A DNA stretch of 64,000 nucleotides from Thecamonas trahens ATCC 50062. Lineage: Eukaryota; Protista; Apusomonadida. Made by a program: the position numbers and the translations under genes. The stretch covers positions 600,085 through 664,084 of the forward strand of contig NW_013657676.1 in assembly GCF_000142905.1 (NCBI RefSeq), in the 5' to 3' direction. Positions within the stretch are counted from its first letter, which is position 1, and every line of letters starts with the position of its first letter. This document shows positions 10,410-20,627 of this stretch, one piece after another. Under the pieces are notes generated by a model that worked only from the letters and a program-made list of their open reading frames with translations, ran no database searches and had not been told where the DNA came from.

Positions 10410-12044
10410 CTAGAGCGCCTCAACGCACGCGGCAAGCATGGAGAGGGCAATGAGGATGGATGCAACAGCGAGCGAGAGCGAGTCGCGAGTGGCGGCCGAG
10501 GTGGAAGATCCACCCTCGGCCTGGACCTCATACTCGTCAGACGAGGTAACGGCGGACGAGACCATGGCGGACGGCGAGTCGTTGGAGCGGGTCGAAGTGG
10601 AGGCTGCGCGCGGGATCTTGCACTCGAGGGTGACCGGGGCGACGCCGTCGGCGGAAGTGCGGGTGCAACGGGTGGAGCGGATGACCATGGTGCGGTACTT
10701 TTCGCAGACATCGTTGTTCTCGGCCTTGTCACAGTAGCGCTCGACGAGCTCGAAGATGATCTGGCGGACGTTGTTGGCCTTGAAGCGGCGGAGGACGTCG
10801 GCGCGGGTCGAGTTTCGCGAGTTGACGATGAAGCGGCGGAGGTCAAATGCGCGGCAGACAAACGGCTGGGCCTCGCCGTTGACGTCGCGTGGGCGGATGC
10901 AGATCTCCGAGTCGGTGCAGGTGGTGGTGCAGGTCGGCTCGGCCGGGCGGCACGAGGGGCAGCACGAGGTGGAGAGGAGGACGGGCTCCTCGCCCGAGGC
11001 ACAGTCGCGAACAGTGGTGGCGCACTCGGCGACCGAGGTCAGATCGCAGAGAACCTGCGGGCGGCGGCATGAGCCGCAGCAGGCCTTCGACGGGTCAAAG
11101 ACCGGGCGCTGGCCAGGCTCACACACCGGGCGGCGCTGCATGCATTTGCGGATGTTGTCTGCGGTGCAGGTGCCATCCGTACCAGGGCGATCGGTGCTGG
11201 GGTCCTCAATGCGGCAAGTCGGGCAGCATGTGGTCTCGTCAAAGGCAGGCGTCTCGCCGGAGCCACAGACACGGAGCTCGGCGAACGAGGACGCGCACGT
11301 CGCCGGGTTGCACGGCGGGCGCGGGCGGCAGGTGAGGCAGCAAAAGTTGGAGGCGTCCGGCTGCGGGAGGGTGCCAGTGGAGCAGACCGACGGCGCGCAG
11401 GTAGCGGTGGAGCAGTCGCGGTTCGACGGGATGCGGCAGCGCGGGCAGCCGGTGGTGACATCAATACCAGGGGCAAGCGTCGCCGAGCACTCGGGAACCG
11501 AGTCGAGGGCGGTGGACCGGTCGCAGATCGGCGGCCGCTTGCACGAGAGCGTGCACGAAGTCATGTTGACCATCGGCGGACGGTTCGGGCTGCAGATGGG
11601 CGAGGCCGGCTCGGTGATGCCGCTCTGGCACCGCGGGCTGCACGTCGGGCAGCAAGCGGGCGGATCGCCACGGATAGGTAGCTCGCCGGCACTGCACTCG
11701 CGCGGAGTCGAGCACGACGAGCTCTGGGCCGGATCGCAGGTGGTCGACCCGCCGCCGCCGCCCGACGGCGCCGGGCAGGTGTCGATGTTGTTTCCGCGCT
11801 TGACATCAGCGCAAGGAGGAGTGGTCCCCGACTGAAGCTGGTGGCACACACCTGCGCCGCCTGCAGCCTCTGGCGGGCACCAACCACAGGGGCGGGGACC
11901 GGATGTCGAGTCGCCCTGAGTTGCCGACTCTGCGCAGGCGCGGCAGTTGGCGTTACGGAACTCGGAGCGGCATTGAGCGACAATGCCTGCCGCCGCGGTC
12001 GAGACGAGCAGCGCAGCAATGGCTGCAAAGATGATGACCTTCAT
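10410..12044 (-). CDS. Secreted or GPI-anchored cysteine-rich repeat surface protein
   Basis: Signal peptide MKVIIFAAIAALLVSTAAAG; PSI-like 'C..C..CGWC' N-domain; about 7 repeats of C-x2-G-x2-P-x5/7-CC-x2-C; Ser/Thr spacer and hydrophobic C-terminus LSLAVASILIALSMLAACVEAL. Confidence 0.75.
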   Translation of the reverse strand: MKVIIFAAIAALLVSTAAAGIVAQCRSEFRNANCRACAESATQGDSTSGPRPCGWCPPEAAGGAGVCHQLQSGTTPPCADVKRGNNIDTCPAPSGGGGGSTTCDPAQSSSCSTPRECSAGELPIRGDPPACCPTCSPRCQSGITEPASPICSPNRPPMVNMTSCTLSCKRPPICDRSTALDSVPECSATLAPGIDVTTGCPRCRIPSNRDCSTATCAPSVCSTGTLPQPDASNFCCLTCRPRPPCNPATCASSFAELRVCGSGETPAFDETTCCPTCRIEDPSTDRPGTDGTCTADNIRKCMQRRPVCEPGQRPVFDPSKACCGSCRRPQVLCDLTSVAECATTVRDCASGEEPVLLSTSCCPSCRPAEPTCTTTCTDSEICIRPRDVNGEAQPFVCRAFDLRRFIVNSRNSTRADVLRRFKANNVRQIIFELVERYCDKAENNDVCEKYRTMVIRSTRCTRTSADGVAPVTLECKIPRAASTSTRSNDSPSAMVSSAVTSSDEYEVQAEGGSSTSAATRDSLSLAVASILIALSMLAACVEAL

Positions 12045-12444
12045 AATTGTTCTGTCCCGTGCCAATGGTGAGAGAGGGCCAGGCCTTGCAAGCGTGCGAG
12101 AGAAGGCAAGGGGGGGGGGGAAAAAAGGGAACGAGTAAGGAAAAAGTGCAAAGGGATAAAAAAATGTGAACTTTGCAAGTCAACAAGGTGGATTGGTTAG
12201 GGCGGGGGGCGGGTGGGGAGGGGGGGGGGGGAGAGTGTATATGGATGTGTGGGTGGGTGGGTGTGGGTGGGTGTGGGTGTTTGGGTGTGTGGGGCGTGCG
12301 TGAAAGGGAGAGGGGAGGGGGGGGGGGGGGGAGGTGCTTGCGTACATGTTGTGAAGAAGAGTCTGTTGTTGTCTGTCAACGTAGAGTTGTTCGGCAGGGT
12401 CGTGCGCGGGTATGCGGCTGGTTGAGGGAGAACAAGCGAAGGTG

Positions 12445-15400
12445 TTACTGCTGGTGGTGGTGGTGGTCATGATGGGGCGGCTGGGTCTGAGGCTGGGCCG
12501 AGGCCGGAACAAATACCGGATATTCGGGGAGCGACAGGCCTGGCAGGGCCGGCATCGGTGTGACGGTGGGTGCAGGAGCGGGTGCGGTAGGGGCTGCGGC
12601 AGGGGTTGCGGCAGGGGTTGCGGCAGGGGTTGCGGCGAGCGAGGCCGGGGTGGGCGCAAAGGCACCGCCCACCATCTGCTGATGATGCATCTGGTGCATC
12701 TGCTGCTGCTGCTGCCACTGCAGGTACTGCTGGTGCTGGAGCCACTGCTGGTGCTGGAGCCACTGCTGCTGTTGGGCCATGAGCTGGGCGTGAGACGGTA
12801 CAGCGCCGACGGGCATCGCCGGCACGGCGGCGCCTGGGGCGGGAGCGGGGGGAGGGACGACGGCGGGAGCGGGAGCGGAAGCAGGAGCACTGCCCTGGAT
12901 CAATGACAGCAGCATCTTCCCGGCCTGGTTGGCATCGACAGGTGCGCGCTGCGGCGGAGCCTGGATGCCGGGCGCCGGAGGAATCGGGATGGCCGACAGC
13001 GGAGTCTTGGCGCCGCCCTTCTTCTTGCGGTTGCGGTTACGGCGCTTCTTCTTGCCCTGACCCTGGCTCTGACCCTGGCTCTGACCCTGGCTCTGACCCT
13101 GGCTCTGACCCTGGCCCTGACCCTGGCTCTGACCCTGGCCCTGACCCTGGCCCTGACCCTGGCTCTGGTTCTGCGGCTGTGCCAGCGATTGCGGCTTCTG
13201 AGCCTGCTGCTGGCCAGCGGGGTGGGCAGCCGGTGCACCCTGCTGCTTGCCACCACTGCGCGAAGACTGGCCTGACGAACGGCGCTGGTTGTTGGACCGC
13301 TTGCCTCGGCCGCCACCACCACCACCACCACCGCCGCCGCCGCCGCGCGAACGCGACGGGCCCGCACTCGCAGCAGGCGACGGAGTGGCGGCCCGGCGCG
13401 AGGAGAGGTTGACGAGGACGCCGAGTGGGACAGACATGCCGCGCTGGTGCGAGACAAGGCCGCCAAGCGAGACGCCACCTAGCATCGGCTTGTCGAGAAG
13501 AACCTTGATCGACTCGTCGTCGACACCAACGACGACGCCGCGGACGCCAAACGGCATCTTACCAGCGGGCGCGACCGAGACGACGCGGTCGCCGATGGCA
13601 AACGAGGTCGTGTTGGCGTTGGCCGGCGGAATCCATCCAGTCTCCTCGCGGGCAAAAACATCGGCATACGAGACAGTGACCTCGGTGGGCTCAGATGTCT
13701 TGGCGTCGGCAGCCTTGACCTGCTTGTCGAGCGCGCGCTCGAGGTTGGCCACAACATCGGGCGCGGCGACTTGGGTGGTGACCGGGACCATCGGCGCCTT
13801 CCAGAACGGCTGCTGTCGGAACCAGGCCTCGATCTCCTTGACGTACCCGATACCGCCCTCGTTGGCAAAGAGCTTGTTGGCATCAAACTTGTCGAGACGC
13901 GAGTTCTTCTCGAGCACCTTGAACACCGCCGGGAACTTGGCCTTGTACTCTTTGAGCAGCGCGACAGCGAGCGGCGAGTAGAACCAGTCGAACCGCTTCG
14001 ACTTGGCGTCCCACATTTCCTCGACGTAGCCGAGTCGCTTGAGCCGTTTCGAGTTGAGCTTGAGCTTGAGCCCAAGGTTGCCGCGACCGGGCTCGACAAA
14101 GACGAGGCCCATGAGGCGGGCGAGGGCGCCGAACGAGGTCTTAACCTTCTTCGCCATCGCACCCATGGTGATAAAGCCGGTGTTGGTGGCCGAGGAGTTG
14201 AGCACGCCGGCACCAACATTCGCCACGTTCTTGGGGCCGGTCATGGAGACAACAACCTTGCCCTTGGCGTCGGGCGCAGGCCCGACGACAATGCCCGACG
14301 AGCCGTAGTACTCGACGGCCTTGCCCTTGGGCAGGTGGACCACGAGCTGACCAGCCGGGTGGCGCTCCGCCGGCGGCACGGCGTTGCGGGTGGCAAACCG
14401 CGGGTCGCCAGCGCGGCCCTCGCCGTGAGCAAGGTCGTCCGGGCGGACAATGAGCGAGAGCGGAATCTTCTCCCGCACCTGCGCGTACTGGACTGAGGTG
14501 GCACCAGTCTTGGACGAGCGAAGCAGGCGTTCGGCGCGCTGCACAACGACAAAGACACCGACGCCGCGGCGGCCATCGTCTGGGTTCGAGACCTCGATAG
14601 CCTTCTGGAAGTAGTAGTCGCCAGCAGATGAGGCGTAGTCGCGGACAAAGCCTGAAGCCTCGGCCTTGGAAAAGGCGCGGTACTTGCCGGCAGCGTTGAT
14701 GGCGCCATGCGGCGCCTCGAGGCCGACGACTCGGGCCTGGAACAAGTACGGCGCATCAACGTAGACCACCGTCGAGAGCAGGGTCGACGCGAGGTTCGAG
14801 AGCGCAGCAGCGTCGGCCTCGGCCACGTCCAGCTCGGCTTCAGTGTCGAGCTCGAGAACGAGCGACGGGTGCTTCGACGGGTAGTTGAAGACCTTGACCG
14901 GGACAGCGGTGAGTCGGGTCGAGACAATCGGCAGGTAGGCGAGCGAGGGAAAGAGAAACGGGCCAGCGGAACCAAGTGCCACGCCATCGGTCAGTCGCGA
15001 CTGGTAGCGCACAATCTCTGGGAGCGAGTACGTCGCCACCGAAGTGTGGGTCTCGACAATGTCCGGCAGTCGCGCCGGGTATGGTGAGGTGTAGCCCTCG
15101 GTCACCGACGGGTCGTGCGCGTACAGCTTCTCGCTACCGTACGAGTTGCGGTGCAGCTCGGCAGCGGTGAGCGCCGACGCCGGAATCGAGTCGTGGGCAG
15201 CGACGAGTGAGGCTTCGTCGAGGAACGGGAGGAGGACGACACCCTCCCACTCGTTGCGCTTGCCGTTCATGTCGACATCAAAGTCCTCGGGGTACATGTC
15301 GATGATGGGCGAGTCGTCATCGGTCATCAGTCGCCGGTACGGCTCGGGGAGGAGCTGCGCCGAAGCGGCCGGCAGGACGGAGAGCAGCTGCTGGAATGGC

Positions 15401-15761
15401 TTGAACGGCGTCCCGAGCTCAAAGTGGAACTCGAGGTCGGCGAGGTCGCGCAAGTCGGACGTGATCGGCGCGTAGTGGTACGGGTAGAACCACGACCACG
15501 AAGCGACGCCGTGGTAGTAGTAGTGGAGGACCCAGAGTAGGCCCTCGATGTACGCCTCCTTCATCGCCTGTCGGTCGGCCTCGGCGTAGGTACCAAACTT
15601 GGACATGTAGTACGCCTGCTTCCACGCGTTCTTCTCCTCGGCGAGGTCGTCAGCAGCGGCTGCGGCGAGCACGGCAGCCTCGCCCGCGTCGAGCACCGCA
15701 GTGTCGGCGAGCGAGTCGGTGTTCGGGTCAAAGTAGACAACAACCTCGGCGTCCGAGCCGA

Positions 15762-15792
<31 letters not shown>

Positions 15793-17773
15793 AACGCCCA
15801 TCGACGCGAGGTCAGCAGCAAGGAGCGAGGGCTTGGCAGCGCCGGTCTTGGCCTTGGCCTTAGTTTTCGGGCTGGCGCCCGGCTGCGGCGTAGAGGCCGA
15901 GGTGGTCCCAGAGCTAGCGGACGCGGTGGCGCCACGGCGGACAGCCTCGACGGCCGAGGCGTTTGCCGAGGCCGATGAGTCGGTGATGACACCATCGCCG
16001 GTGGAACGGGAGCCGACCTTGGCACCCTTGCCGCGGCCGCGGCCCTTGCCCTTGCCCTTGCCGGACTTGTGGCCCTTCCAAGCCTCGTCGACAATGGACG
16101 AGGCAAAGAGGTCGAGCTCGTACTCGGCAAGTTCGGCGACAAAGACCTCCATGCGGGCGAGATTGAGCTCGCCCGAGTTGTTGATGTAGCCGCCGAGAGT
16201 GGGGAGGACACGCTTGTAGGTGTTGAAGATGGTGTCGAGAGCGCCCTCGGCAATGTCGAGGAACGGAAGCGTGGGCAGAAAGTCGTTGCCGATGAGGAAG
16301 CAAATGAAGATCCAGTCGTCAATGATGCGCTCGACGTCAAACTCGAATGGGAGCTCGAGCTCCGAGTACTCAAACTCGAGGTACTCGCGGAGGAGCGCCA
16401 GCGAGAGGAACATGAACTTGTCCGAGCCACGCGAGTTGCCGCGGCCAAAGGTGACTTCCTCGCGGAGAAGCGCAAAGTGCGGCTCGTGGGTGAGGAGGCC
16501 GAGGAAGATGAGGTCTGCGTCCAGGCCGTACATGCAGTGGCGCACGTTCGGGTTGTAGCCCGGCTGCATCTTGGAGCGGCGGATGAACTCCATGATCTTG
16601 TGCTCGCCCTCGCCGGGCACCTCGTGGCCCGAAAGGATCACGTCCGGCACCTGCCAGTTGGCGTCGGTCTTGATCTTGCTCCGGATAAAGTACTCCAGGT
16701 ACGCGGTCAGCCGCGCCATAAACTCGGTGCCCGGCGTAATGCAGTTGGAGTCAAACTGCTCCAGCTCGGCCAGCGCGGGGTTGACCTTCAGCTTCTTGGC
16801 GTACAGCACCTCACGCTCCTTGGCGGAGCGGAACCGGCGTGCACGCTGCTGGTTCATCTTGGCCCGCGGCGCCACGCCGTCGATGGCCATGAACAGCACC
16901 TTTTGCGGGCGGACAAGCTGAACAAGCCGGTCAAGGTACCGTCCGATGGCGGCAAACATCTCGTCCTCGGTCAGATGAAAGTTCGGATCGGTGTCGTCCG
17001 GATGGGTAGCGTTGTGCACAATGCCATTCATGTCAAAGTAGAGATTGTCTGGGATGTTGGAGAGGTGAGGAGATGCCGGCAGGAAGAGGAGGAAAGGGGG
17101 GAGATTACGGGCTGCAGGCCCCGAGAGAACGTGGAGAAAACCACAGAAGACCACGTAGAAGAGACCACACAGGGCAAGTTACAGCAAGTACGTACCAAAG
17201 ACCGGATTGTGATCAGCATTGGTGATGAACGAGTTGATGAGAGCATACCGCTCCGAGACAAAGCGGTAGAACTTGGGCACCTGCTCGCGGTGACGGTGAG
17301 CCGGTTGGGGGTGGGGGGGGGGGGGGGGGGGGGGTGGGGGCTGAGTGTGGGGGGCNNNNNNNNNNNNNNNNNNNNNNNNNNNNNNNNNNNNNNNNNNNNN
17401 NNNNNNNNNNNNNNNNNNNNNNNNNNNNNNNNNNNNNNNNNNNNNNNNNNNNNNNGTCGCAGGCGTGCCGAATGACTATGATGTCGGCCCAAGCCCTGAA
17501 GGAAGACGACAGCATCCTTCCCGAGATCCCACCACGTCACCAGTCGCGTCAAGCATCCAGTGCTCCGCCTCCGAGCGCACAAAGCAGTCGTGGTACTTGC
17601 GCAGATGATACGTCCGTTTCTTGATCTCCAGACCAGACCCAGAATGCGGAAGCTCGAGGATGAGGTCATCGAGTGTGGGGGGCAGGGGCAGGGAAGGGAG
17701 ACGAGAGGGGGTGGGTGGGAGGGTGGGGCGGGGGGCGGGGGGGCGGGGGTCTTGGCTGAGTGCGTACTCCCAT
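12445..17773 (-). CDS. XRN1: 5'-3' exoribonuclease 1; complement join(17768..17773,17196..17280,12445..17048)
   Basis: Spliced N-terminus MG|VPKFYRFVSERY...VF|DNLYFDMNGIVH. Motifs AIDGVAPRAKMNQQR, FDSNCITPGT, GEGEHKIM, YGLDADLI, GNDFLP. Long C-terminal extension typical of XRN1. Introns start GTACGC and GTACGT. Confidence 0.95.
13036..13168. repeat. 12-bp coding tandem repeat (about 11 units) encoding QGQG/QSQG in the XRN1 tail
   Basis: Repeated CTGACCCTGG(CT/CC) units on the + strand. Confidence 0.85.
17356..17455. other. Assembly gap (100 N)
   Basis: Run of exactly 100 N, a placeholder of unknown true size. Confidence 0.99.
17456..17670 (-). pseudogene. Degenerate DEP-domain fragment inside XRN1 intron 1
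   Basis: Minus strand reads GLEIKKRTYHLRKYHDCFVRSEAEHWML, then after shifts KDAVVFLQGL and ADIIVIRHAC. Compare the intact DEP in this window, GIPIRTRKWHLRTYRACFVGSEAVDWLV. Confidence 0.65.
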
Positions 17774-17935
17774 GGTGGGTAAGGGTGTGCGAGAGTGAGA
17801 GGTGGGTGGGCGTGTGAGGGCGGAAGTCAGTCACTTGCTTGAGTTGCCTGGAATGAGGTCGCTCTCGTTGTTATTATGCAATAATATTCGTTTCCGTTTC
17901 GATCGGCTGCAGAGGGAGTTTGGCCGTAACTCTAA

Positions 17936-18273
17936 GCGGTACGGTCGTCGTTCAGACACGTTGTCGCGCGTCAATAAGTGGACAACGCGATGATGCTTGA
18001 CTTCCAGGTCACCGGCCGGCGCTGCGCGACGCCTGCTTGGCCTGCGGCTCGAGGTGAGAGGCGCGCATGCACGTGATGGCGGCCGATAGGTAGACGCCCG
18101 CCTGAAGAATGCCCGACCTGGGAGTATGGGCGAGGCGCGCGAGGTGGCGTACGGCGCGGACGGTGCGGAGCTTGTTGTTGACGACCCCGACGACCGGGAA
18201 GGAGAGCATGACAGAGTTGAACACAGCGGCCGGACGGGAGAGCACGACGATGTTGTGGATCTTCTTGCGATGG
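17936..18273 (-). pseudogene. Fragment of an unknown gene 3' end plus flank (copy 2; inverted homolog of 1528-1817)
   Basis: Encodes HRKKIHNIVVLSRPAAVFNSVMLSFPVVGV...GILQAGVYLSAAITCMRASHLE...GR*. The sequence after the stop is also shared with copy 1. Confidence 0.55.
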
Positions 18274-18583
18274 ACGAGCTGGCCGGTCGGCGTGGCCGTT
18301 GCCGACATGAGGAGCGATGGCTGCAATCAGAAAAAAACAAGGTCAAATCGAGCCATTTTGCCTCGCGAGCAGTCGCGGCAACATCGGCAGCGCGCCGCAA
18401 CAGCGCTAGCCACCCAAGCTTCGGGAGCCGAGACTACTGCACTAGTCGGACCAAGGCTTAGAGGACGAGCTAGGCTTGCATATAGGCGAGATTTTGCTGT
18501 CGTGAGTGTCGTTGTTGTCGAGCATGCAAAGGTCAAGCTCGGGTAGGTTCACCGCGTGTGGATCGTGGGCGAGGCTGCTCGGC

Positions 18584-19906
18584 ATGAATGTGCGGGTCGG
18601 AAGGGTGATCATGGTGGTGCTGCTGGGGTGGTTGATGTACCAAATGACGGTGACGCTTACGTATACGCTGCGACCGAGGGGTAGAGCAAGCCACGTGCAT
18701 GATCAGGCGCAGAAGGCACGCGATGCCAAGGTTACAGCGCTCGAGGCCCGCATCGACCATCTCGAGCGGCTAGCGTCGACACGATCGCGGCAACACGCAG
18801 CGCTAGCGACGGCGCAACTGGCCAAACATGGACAAGAGGCCGAGAGCTGGGCAACGTACCTTGGGCTTGATGATGCCGACGTGGCCGAGATCGACGACCG
18901 AAGCGTGCCGGATGAGGTGCGGCGGAGTAGTGGGAGCGGGCGCAAGGCTGGTGAGCCGCTGCGGGTACTTATCTTCTCATGGGCGACCGAGGACACATAC
19001 ACCAAGTACGAGACCGAGGTGTACTGGAAGGCATGCTATGCGGCCACCCACGGATATGATCTGATCATCACCGATGAGCTCGATCCCAAGCTTGTGGCCG
19101 CTGAGGCCGCCGATGGCGACGATGAGTACTCGCAGGAAGGCTGGTACCGTGAGGAGCGGATGTACGCGTGGCACAAGGCGCTGACGCGACATCTGGTCTC
19201 GGGCGAGTACGACCTGGTGTACATGATTGGCGCAGACACGCTCCTTGTCCCGCCGATGATGAACTTTGCACTCACACGGTACTACGAGGGCCACCCGCTG
19301 ACCATCATGGATCAGAAGTTCCAGTTCTGGGGCTACAACCAGAACGCGCTGCTGTTCTCGACACAGGCGGCCGGATCGTGGCTTGAGGCATTTCGTGCCG
19401 TTTTCTTTGCGCGGCACAAGCAGTTTACACTCCAGTCGGACAACGGCTCGTTCATGGAGACGATGCTCGAGTTTCTCGGCGCCGAGGCCGAGCTCAACGG
19501 ACTCCCGGGCTATGATGGCAAGTGCGGCAAGCTTGCAGTGCTGGACATACCGGCCGGCAAGCTTGCCAAGATAGACTTTTCGACCTACGAGGCGACGATG
19601 CTCGCTTACAGCGAGTGTTTCTTCCCGGAGCTCGGCCGGCTAGCCGGGCCGTACAACGAGCGCAAGTCGTCGTTCGTCAACTTTGTGGCCCACACCGACG
19701 AACGGCCGTGGGCCAACTGCTGGGGTGGCCTCCGGCTCAACCATCCGGATGAGTGGCGCTCACGCTGCTTCGGTATCCATCTCAACGGCGCTGGCCGTGA
19801 CGCGAGCATGATTAGCAACTTTCCGCACCCGGCGGAGTGCGAGGCGCCCGGCTTTGACTGGGACTCGCACGAGTACAACCCCGCCAACCGGGGCACGGCA
19901 GGATGA
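18584..19906 (+). CDS. Type II membrane glycosyltransferase, GT34 (GMA12/MNN10)-like
   Basis: N-terminal TM and coiled stem; 'WKACYAATHGYDLII', 'AWHKAL', 'YDLVYMIGADTLL' and 'GYNQNALLF' parallel GT34 motifs. Confidence 0.6.
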   Translation: MNVRVGRVIMVVLLGWLMYQMTVTLTYTLRPRGRASHVHDQAQKARDAKVTALEARIDHLERLASTRSRQHAALATAQLAKHGQEAESWATYLGLDDADVAEIDDRSVPDEVRRSSGSGRKAGEPLRVLIFSWATEDTYTKYETEVYWKACYAATHGYDLIITDELDPKLVAAEAADGDDEYSQEGWYREERMYAWHKALTRHLVSGEYDLVYMIGADTLLVPPMMNFALTRYYEGHPLTIMDQKFQFWGYNQNALLFSTQAAGSWLEAFRAVFFARHKQFTLQSDNGSFMETMLEFLGAEAELNGLPGYDGKCGKLAVLDIPAGKLAKIDFSTYEATMLAYSECFFPELGRLAGPYNERKSSFVNFVAHTDERPWANCWGGLRLNHPDEWRSRCFGIHLNGAGRDASMISNFPHPAECEAPGFDWDSHEYNPANRGTAG

Positions 19907-19908
19907 CG

Positions 19909-20555
19909 TCACGTCGCACTGTCAGCAGCCACGTACCAGGCTGCAGCCCGAGCGGCAGCGCTTGGCCCAAAGGCGTAGTCGATGACTATCTCGCTCCCGG
20001 CGGCAATGTCAGTGGCGGCGACGAGGGCCGCGCCATGGATGACGTTGTCGGCGGATGTGGTAAAGTCTGCGTTGGGGACCCGCGCAATTTGATCGCTATC
20101 CAGCGTAGTCAGATCAAACACTATCGACTGGACGCGGGCGTTGGAGCTTCTGGTCCGGCATGATTGGCAAAGTGGCCGACGGCGACGTAGCTATCGCCAT
20201 CATCAAAGGCTCGCGCCAGGCTCGGCCAGCCCGCCGAGCGGTAGCGATCGACACAGGACCGCCATACCGTGGTAGACAAGGCCGAGATGGCGACAGCTCC
20301 ATCAAGTACTCTTTGCACACATGGGAGAGCAAGGAGGTACTCGTTGTCCACATACGCCGGATTGAGCGACATAATGGCAACCTGATCGTCAGAGAAAGAC
20401 ACGCCTGGGTAGAGGGCAATGACAGAGCCAGTGAGAATGGCGTCTCGGGCAAAGAGACCAGCACCGGCACCAGGTATGAGCGAGTCTTGTACAGTTACTT
20501 GGCTTTGGTAGTCTGCGTCGAGAAGCTCGAGCGCTGCGGAAGAGGTGGCGCTCAT
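19909..20555 (-). CDS. SET domain protein, SETD9-like; frame break near 20143
   Basis: 'SLIPGAGAGLFA..GSVIALYPG' and 'AVGHFANH', then in the -1 frame 'NARV...VPNA...LVAATDIAAGSEIVIDY'. One extra C at 20143 gives ...EAPNARVQSIVFD. Confidence 0.75.
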
Positions 20556-20627
20556 GCTGGTGTGGGCGATGGCGACAGGTGGTGAGCGGGAGCAGCAAGA
20601 TGTGTCGGGCGGGGCATTGACGGCATT

